DNA of 64,000 bases. It comes from a bacterium (GTDB lineage: Bacteria; Patescibacteriota; Microgenomatia; Daviesbacterales; UBA10151). Positions 58,200-64,000 of this stretch are shown here, in pieces. Under the pieces are notes generated by a model that saw nothing but the letters and a program-made list of their open reading frames with translations, did no database searches and was not told where the DNA came from. The stretch covers positions 26,301 through 90,300 of the forward strand of contig JAJYNW010000010.1 of the NCBI GenBank assembly GCA_021786105.1, read 5' to 3'. Position 1 is the first letter of the stretch, and each line of letters opens with the position of its first letter. The translations under genes and the position numbers were made by a program.

Positions 58200-58967
58200 A
58201 TGCCAAATGTCGGAACATCTGTGGTTGCAACTGTCACTGATACTTTTAATAGGATCATTTTGTTTATTCCGCAGTTTATAGCCGGGTTGGTTATTTTAGT
58301 GATTGGTTGGGCGTTGGCGGTGATTTTAAAATATGTTGCCAAAAGGCTGTTTGACTGGATCGGGCTGGATAGGTTTTTGACCAGGGTAGGTTTGGAGGAA
58401 AAAACCGGGACTCACCACATTTGGACGGAGATTGCTTCCCAGGTGGTTTTCTGGTTTGTCTTTTTAGCTTTTCTGATCCCGGCATTTAATGCCTGGCAGC
58501 TTACCAATGTGACGGCTCTTTTAAATCAAATTCTGTTTTACATTCCTAACGTCTTTGCGGCAGTGGTAATTGGGTTTATTGGTTATGTTATTGCCAATAT
58601 TGCTTATAATTTAGTGAAGAATGCCGCGAGCGGAGCAGGGACTGCGGGCGCTAGCCTGCTTGGTCAGGTGGCCAAATATGCTTTGTATATTTTTACTGCC
58701 CTGGTGGTTTTAAATCAGTTGCAAATTGCTTCTAATTTGATCCAGCTGTTTGTAGCAGGATTGGTGGCTATGGCGGCTTTAGCCGGAGGGTTAGCTTTTG
58801 GTTTAGGCGGGCAAGACGTTGCCAGGGATATGCTTAATCGGTTGTCCGGTTTAAAAGCAGCCCGTCAAATTGGTGGACAGGCTGGCAGGCAGGCAGTTTA
58901 TGCCAGCCAGGTTCGTCCGGGCAAAACTTCAAAGCATTCTCAAAACAAAGAAGAAAAGAAAGCATAA
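58200..58967 (+). CDS. hypothetical polytopic membrane protein (TM-helix repeat, MscS-N-terminal-like)
   Basis: 255 aa with repeated hydrophobic helices. The family call is tentative. Confidence 0.4.
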   Translation: MPNVGTSVVATVTDTFNRIILFIPQFIAGLVILVIGWALAVILKYVAKRLFDWIGLDRFLTRVGLEEKTGTHHIWTEIASQVVFWFVFLAFLIPAFNAWQLTNVTALLNQILFYIPNVFAAVVIGFIGYVIANIAYNLVKNAASGAGTAGASLLGQVAKYALYIFTALVVLNQLQIASNLIQLFVAGLVAMAALAGGLAFGLGGQDVARDMLNRLSGLKAARQIGGQAGRQAVYASQVRPGKTSKHSQNKEEKKA

Positions 58968-58972
58968 TTTCT

Positions 58973-59839
58973 TTAAGTGCGAAGCCACTCGATAATTATT
59001 GATTTCAGTTCATCTTCATATCTTCTGAACCAATGATCGGCATTGTCAATTAATTTTGTGGTGACTGCTGGTAGTTGTTGGCTAAGGATTTCTAAGGCAG
59101 AAGCAGGGTTTTCCTGGTATTGGGTTTTTGCTCCATACACAGCTAGTATAGGGCAATTAATTCTTTTTAATTCATTTAAATCATCACTAAAATGGAAAAG
59201 CTGGCCTTCTGCGGACTTTGGATCCGCCAAACTTAAAAACCGTTGGGCACTCAGCTCCACCCCGAAAGGAATCCAGTCAGGCATGGCTTTTTGGGGATTT
59301 CCTGAATCAATATATTCCCGGGCTATTCCTAAAGCCTCTTTGTACCGGCTACCCAAATCCTTTTTGGTTACGGCCGGATCATCAGTCGGTTCCAAAAGAA
59401 TTAAACCTTTGATATCTGTTTTTGTTTGAGATGCATAGTAAGCTGCTTTTTGGGAACCAGTGCTGTGGCCTTGCAGATAAAGGTTGTTGTAGCCTAGGCT
59501 TTGCATAAAATTAACAGCGGATTCGATGTCGATTAAGCAGTCTTCGAAGCGCTCCAAACTTCCGCCCAGTTTGGCATACTCAATATTCGAGCCATTCTTT
59601 TTCATAAATTCCTGCACAAATCCAGCTCCCCGGTTATTAAAAGTCAGAAAGGAAAAGCTTTTATCAATTAATCCCTGGGCAATATGCTCCAGGAAAATAT
59701 TTTCATAAAAATTGCCGGTCCAACCATGGATATGGATGACAGCACTTTTGGTTGGTTGTTCCGTTTCAAATAGCAAACCTTGCAGCTCTAAGTTATCTTT
59801 GGTTTGCAGTCTAACTATTTTTGCTTTTAATTTAGCCAT
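58973..59839 (-). CDS. alpha/beta hydrolase
   Basis: GHSTGS nucleophile elbow and an HGW oxyanion region. Start trimmed to MAKLK. Confidence 0.6.
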   Translation of the reverse strand: MAKLKAKIVRLQTKDNLELQGLLFETEQPTKSAVIHIHGWTGNFYENIFLEHIAQGLIDKSFSFLTFNNRGAGFVQEFMKKNGSNIEYAKLGGSLERFEDCLIDIESAVNFMQSLGYNNLYLQGHSTGSQKAAYYASQTKTDIKGLILLEPTDDPAVTKKDLGSRYKEALGIAREYIDSGNPQKAMPDWIPFGVELSAQRFLSLADPKSAEGQLFHFSDDLNELKRINCPILAVYGAKTQYQENPASALEILSQQLPAVTTKLIDNADHWFRRYEDELKSIIIEWLRT

Positions 59840-59874
59840 TGGGTTTATTATATACATTTTGTTATTATTGGGGT

Positions 59875-60735
59875 ATGTCAGATGTGAGCTTAAATGAAAC
59901 TTCGTATGTTTGGAAACAAATCGCCCAAAGTTGGGGGACTTATTTTGATTCTCCCAGCCGGCCCTCAAAAATGGAAGTGGACCAATACAAAAAATGGCTG
60001 AAAAATATTTCCGAAGGCAAAACCGGACTAAAGGGATTGGTATTAGGGGCTACGCCGGAACTGCGGGATGCACTGGTTGAAAGCAACTTTAATTCCTGCA
60101 TAATTGATATTAATTGGGAAATGATTTTGGCCATGACTGAACTTTTAAAGACCAAAAATCCCAATGAGGTGATTATCAAAGCCAACTGGTTAAATAACCC
60201 TTTACAGAACGGGTATTTTGATGTGGTGTTAGGAGATGCTGTTTTGCCGAATCTGCCGTGGGAAAAAAGGGATGAGTTTTATTGTGAGATTAAAAGATTG
60301 TTGAAAACAGGCGGCTATTTTATGAATCGGGCGTTTTTTGTGCCGGAAAAGAAGCCTTTTGCTAATATTGATGAATTACTAAAAGCTTTTGCACAAAAGC
60401 CAGCTTCGAATAAAACTGCTTTAGAGTTGGTTTTTGAAATCCAAATTCTGACCCACTCAGAAACTGATCATCTGGGATCAATGGAAAAAGTAGTGGCAGT
60501 GGTGGAAAAACTACGGGGCAACAACGGATTCAATTTTGACAGCGAAGAGCTTAATAAAACACTGGATATCGTGTGGGATTACTGGTTAAAGACTGCCCGT
60601 CAGAAGATTTGGATTTATCCCTTTGAAAGGGAGGAAGAGGCAGAGTATAAAAAGTATTTTGAAACCGAGGCCAAATTTTGCTCCACCGATCACCCTTACG
60701 GCAAAATTACCCCAATGTATCTGCTGAAATCATAA
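59875..60735 (+). CDS. putative class I SAM-dependent methyltransferase
   Basis: Weak motifs (VLGATPE, DVVLGDAV, LLKTGGYFM). The start was chosen at MSDVSL. Confidence 0.35.
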   Translation: MSDVSLNETSYVWKQIAQSWGTYFDSPSRPSKMEVDQYKKWLKNISEGKTGLKGLVLGATPELRDALVESNFNSCIIDINWEMILAMTELLKTKNPNEVIIKANWLNNPLQNGYFDVVLGDAVLPNLPWEKRDEFYCEIKRLLKTGGYFMNRAFFVPEKKPFANIDELLKAFAQKPASNKTALELVFEIQILTHSETDHLGSMEKVVAVVEKLRGNNGFNFDSEELNKTLDIVWDYWLKTARQKIWIYPFEREEEAEYKKYFETEAKFCSTDHPYGKITPMYLLKS

Positions 60736-60969
60736 CTGCAGCTCAAATACTTTATATTTTGATTTGGCTCCGGAAATAAGCTTCACATTTGATTTACTGG
60801 TTTTAAAATAATCTGCCAAAGCTTCACGGGTAGCTTTATTGGCTTTACCCTCCAAAGGCGGCTGGTTAACGTAAACATGCAAGGTTCCCAGTAAATCTTT
60901 TTCTATCCTTTCCCGTCTGGCTCCGGGATGAACAATAACGGTAATTTTCATGATTTGATCATACATCAA
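60730..60969 (-). CDS. DUF167 (YggU/UPF0235) family protein
   Basis: 79 aa with ITVIVHPGARRE...GKANKA, typical of YggU. Confidence 0.65.
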   Translation of the reverse strand: MMYDQIMKITVIVHPGARRERIEKDLLGTLHVYVNQPPLEGKANKATREALADYFKTSKSNVKLISGAKSKYKVFELQL

Positions 60970-61016
60970 TTTCTTACCAAAATCTTCCGGGATACTGATG
61001 GGGGATTATTACAGAT

Positions 61017-61607
61017 TTGTTAAGGTTAAGCTTCAAAATGAAAAGGAGGATTATTTTGGGAATATTTACCAGGCATGGAGATGCTGATAAGGCTTTGTTA
61101 CGTTTAAGAAAAGAAGGAATAGAAGTCAAAGAGATTTCAGTTATTGTCAGGCAAGACATAGTAAGCAGCTATCGTTCACCCAAAAATGAATCAGAGGGGA
61201 TTCTGACAGGGAGTGTTTTAGGAGGCTTGGCCGGTCTTTTAATCGGTCTGACCCCGGTGATTTTGCCGGGGATAGGTGCAGTTTTGGTGGTTGGACCACT
61301 GACGATGTTAACGACTACCTTAATGGGAGTTTTGGCCGGCGGGTTAATCGGCACGCTGGTGGAAATAGGCGTGCCGGAGCGTTCGGCCAAAATTTTTGAA
61401 AAAAGCATCAAAAAAGGGGGAGTTTTACTGGCTGTTACAGCTAATTACAAAAATGAGAAGCAGGTGCGGCAAATTTTGGACATGCATGATGTTAAGGACT
61501 TAACTATTATCCCTTCCGCTAGAAAGGTCAGCGGGCAACTGTTGGAACAACAAATCAGTGTAGCTTACCCAAGCAGGATTGCCAAGCCTGTCAGAAGAAA
61601 GGAGTAA
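61017..61607 (+). CDS. hypothetical membrane protein with a glycine-zipper TM region
   Basis: 196 aa with GxxxG-rich hydrophobic segments and no family call. Confidence 0.4.
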   Translation: MLRLSFKMKRRIILGIFTRHGDADKALLRLRKEGIEVKEISVIVRQDIVSSYRSPKNESEGILTGSVLGGLAGLLIGLTPVILPGIGAVLVVGPLTMLTTTLMGVLAGGLIGTLVEIGVPERSAKIFEKSIKKGGVLLAVTANYKNEKQVRQILDMHDVKDLTIIPSARKVSGQLLEQQISVAYPSRIAKPVRRKE

Positions 61608-61618
61608 GGTAAATAGTA

Positions 61619-61834
61619 ATGACGCAACTGGCTGTTCCGGTGGGAAAAGATGACCATACTTTAGGAAATCCTAAAGCTACGGTGATATTGTTGGAGTATG
61701 GGGATTTTGAATGCCCTAATTGCGGAGAAGCTTTTCCGGTTGTGCAGGTTGAGGAGCGGATACACCAGAATTTTATTAGCGGTGTTGAAAGTGGGGTTAA
61801 TGGCACGCCAACCTTTCTTATAAATGGAGGCTGA
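61619..61834 (+). pseudogene. DsbA/thioredoxin-like remnant (71 aa; CPNC active site fused directly to a GTPTFLING C-terminal strand)
   Basis: The CxxC motif and the cis-Pro loop are present, but the helical insertion and the C-terminal helix are missing. Confidence 0.35.
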
Positions 61835-61889
61835 AAAAACTAGAATTTTAATCTTCCAGAAAGTATAATTTTCAAGCCGGAATTTTTGG

Positions 61890-62807
61890 ATGGATAATAA
61901 TTATATTGTTGGTTTGAAATTAAAGCCGCAAAGACAAAAGAAAAAGGTATGGGCTTGGATACTATTGCTGATCCTTGTGGCGATTGGTATATCCGGAGTT
62001 TTTAAGCGGTCTCCGGAATTGATCAGTCCATTAAGTAGAATAAACAATTCCCTAAGAAATATCGTAGATGAATCTTTAACAGGAGCCAGGGGTACATATG
62101 GGATTGCTATAAAAAACTTAAAAAGTGGTGAAAGTTATTATTTTAATGAGCATAGAGTTTTTGAAACCGGAAGTCTTTATAAATTATGGATTATGGCCAC
62201 GGTTTTTAAACAAATTCAAGACGGTGGGTTAACCGAAGACCAAGTTTTGAGTGAGGATATCGCCGCTTTAAATGAAAAATTTAACATCGATCCTGATTCG
62301 GCAGAGCTTAAGGAAGGGACAGTAACTTTGACAGTACATGATGCGTTATTGCAGATGATTGCTATTTCCCATAACTATGCAGCTTTGCTCCTGACTGAAA
62401 AAGTTAAATTATCTTCTGTGGCTGCTTTTTTGAAAGAAAATGGCTTTAGTGAATCATCTGTTGGAACTGATGGCGACCCGCCGAAATCTACCCCTGCCGA
62501 TATCGCCCTTTTTTATGAAAGGCTATACAAAGGTGAATTAGCTAATCAGCAATATACACAGGAGATGGCTGATTTATTAAAGAATCAACAATCCGATGAT
62601 GGGTTACCTAAATATTTGCCGGATGAAGTACCCGTCGCTAACAAAACCGGGGATATTGGTTGGTTTAAGCATGATGCCGGGATCATTTACACCGGTAATG
62701 GAGATTACATAATAACCATCATGTCAGAAAGTGATTATCCCCCGGGAGCCCAGGAAAGAATAGCCATGATTTCTAAAGAGGTTTATGAATACTTCACTAA
62801 AAAGTAA
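61890..62807 (+). CDS. class A beta-lactamase-like serine hydrolase
   Basis: SxxK (ETGSLYK), SDN-like (SHN) and KTG motifs at canonical spacing, plus an N-terminal TM anchor. Confidence 0.65.
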   Translation: MDNNYIVGLKLKPQRQKKKVWAWILLLILVAIGISGVFKRSPELISPLSRINNSLRNIVDESLTGARGTYGIAIKNLKSGESYYFNEHRVFETGSLYKLWIMATVFKQIQDGGLTEDQVLSEDIAALNEKFNIDPDSAELKEGTVTLTVHDALLQMIAISHNYAALLLTEKVKLSSVAAFLKENGFSESSVGTDGDPPKSTPADIALFYERLYKGELANQQYTQEMADLLKNQQSDDGLPKYLPDEVPVANKTGDIGWFKHDAGIIYTGNGDYIITIMSESDYPPGAQERIAMISKEVYEYFTKK

Positions 62808-62817
62808 CTAAGCAACT

Positions 62818-63534
62818 TCATATCTCTAAGATCATATATGGTTGGTGGGGTGAGATTCTGGAGAGCAGGGGGAAAGAGACATTGTAAACCGGAACACCTC
62901 GGGCAGTTTTACCCTTCGGACTGCCGTGATGAGCATGGCCATGAAAGACTGCTGTTACGCCAAAATTTTCAATCGGTTCAATCAATCGGCTGCTTCCTAA
63001 CATCGGGTAGATTTCTAAAGATTCACCCACCACTGTTTGACGGATGGGGGAATAGTGAAGCAGGACAACCTTTTTGTCAGTCTCCAGTCTTATTAAGGAT
63101 TCCTCTAACTTTATGGATTCATTGACTGCTTCATAAACAAATTGTTTAAGGACTCGTTCTCCAAAGGGGTCGGTTTGGTGATTATCAAAACCGCCGCAAA
63201 AGCCTTTGACACCGGCAAAACCGATTCCTTTATAAATATAGGGGTGATTTCCTAAAAGAAATAAATGTTCGGCCGAAAGAATTTTTTTAATTTCCTCATG
63301 TTGGTTATTTTCGTGATCGTGATTTCCCAATACTCCGACCATCGGTATTTTGCAAAAGCTTAACTCCTCAGCCAACACTTTCGCCTCAGAAACCAAGCCT
63401 TCGTTGGTTAAGTCTCCGCAAATTAATAAGATATCAGCCTTCCCGGAGACTTCTTCAAAGACTTGTCTGAAAGCTCCTACGTTTTCTTCTTGAGTATGTA
63501 AATCAGCCATGGCGGCAATACGGACTTTGGTCAT
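62818..63534 (-). CDS. calcineurin-like metallophosphoesterase
   Basis: Motifs D-x-H, GDLT, GNHD and GHAHHG. Confidence 0.8.
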   Translation of the reverse strand: MTKVRIAAMADLHTQEENVGAFRQVFEEVSGKADILLICGDLTNEGLVSEAKVLAEELSFCKIPMVGVLGNHDHENNQHEEIKKILSAEHLFLLGNHPYIYKGIGFAGVKGFCGGFDNHQTDPFGERVLKQFVYEAVNESIKLEESLIRLETDKKVVLLHYSPIRQTVVGESLEIYPMLGSSRLIEPIENFGVTAVFHGHAHHGSPKGKTARGVPVYNVSFPLLSRISPHQPYMILEI

Positions 63535-63980
63535 GCTAAAACTTCAAATCCCAACTCAGTAATATCAAACTTATATTGGGTTCGGGAAAGCAGTGGCCCC
63601 CGGCAAATTTTATCCTGGGGGATTGGATTTTGGATTTGGTACTTTACGCGGGAAATGAGTTCTTCCAGGAGCCAGTTGGGGATAATATCCCTTTCTGAAG
63701 GGTAAACAAAGCGGAAGTTAAGGATCAGTGATAAAAGTATTTCCCAGTGATTTTCCATGCGGACGAGTAGTCTTTTCCAATTTAACTGCCTGCCGGTTAT
63801 TAAAATAAGGTGGTTGATATCAGCGCCGTCATAATGATCGCGGTCTTGGATATACGCTTTGCACCAAATTAATTCTTCTTTTGGGATAAGTTTGACCTGG
63901 TAGCCCAGAAGCTTAATATAAACGGCATTTTCAAACCAGGAATCGTCAACAGTGATGATATAGTTTGGTGAAGAAAACAA
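63531..63980 (-). CDS. hypothetical protein
   Basis: 149 aa ORF overlapping the phosphoesterase start by 4 nt. No family recognized. Confidence 0.35.
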   Translation of the reverse strand: MFSSPNYIITVDDSWFENAVYIKLLGYQVKLIPKEELIWCKAYIQDRDHYDGADINHLILITGRQLNWKRLLVRMENHWEILLSLILNFRFVYPSERDIIPNWLLEELISRVKYQIQNPIPQDKICRGPLLSRTQYKFDITELGFEVLA

Positions 63981-64000
63981 TATGTCAACATGATCCTTGG

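Overview
This window is a low-GC, tightly packed bacterial chromosome segment, almost all housekeeping. The gene content and architecture look like a small-genome, CPR/Patescibacteria-like organism; this is inference only. It shows a short EF-Ts, the rpsU-yqeY pair, many start/stop overlaps and many fused genes. The order runs thyA(partial)-folA, rpsB-tsf-frr-rseP, proS, tig, HIT-rpsU-yqeY-ybeY-dnaX, an IS1595-containing accessory insertion, glyA-folD, recR-ybaB (minus), cysS, cmk, an M16 peptidase, gdhA, PAP2 and dgkA (minus), and then a roughly 19 kb purine supra-operon. That operon carries purF, a purN-purD fusion, purL with an N-terminal PurS-like extension, purQ, guaA, purA (minus), two tandem archaeal-type purP paralogs, purH, purB, purE, purC, prs and purM (minus). 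After it comes a cell-envelope cluster (two polysaccharide deacetylases, an ABC-2 exporter, a GT-C-like membrane protein), a degraded MFS gene, ppsA-eno-gpm, several hydrolases and small membrane proteins. No rRNA, tRNA or CRISPR was found. The most unusual feature is a family of short GC-rich palindromic elements (termini TGTC[A/G]TYCTGAG ... GATGACA, and a CACCTCGAAGG/CCTTCGAGGTG palindrome), present at 12 or more loci. Most copies sit directly in front of start codons. At least four are inserted in-frame inside essential genes (purL three times, purA once), reminiscent of Rickettsia palindromic elements. A second oddity is a roughly 87 nt insertion that duplicates the rpsB start context and creates a 27-codon uORF. 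Other points are bacterial purH coexisting with archaeal-type purP x2 plus an unknown ORF in the pur operon, a trigger factor without a PPIase domain, a minimal ProRS, and several compositionally atypical hypothetical genes wedged between housekeeping operons.
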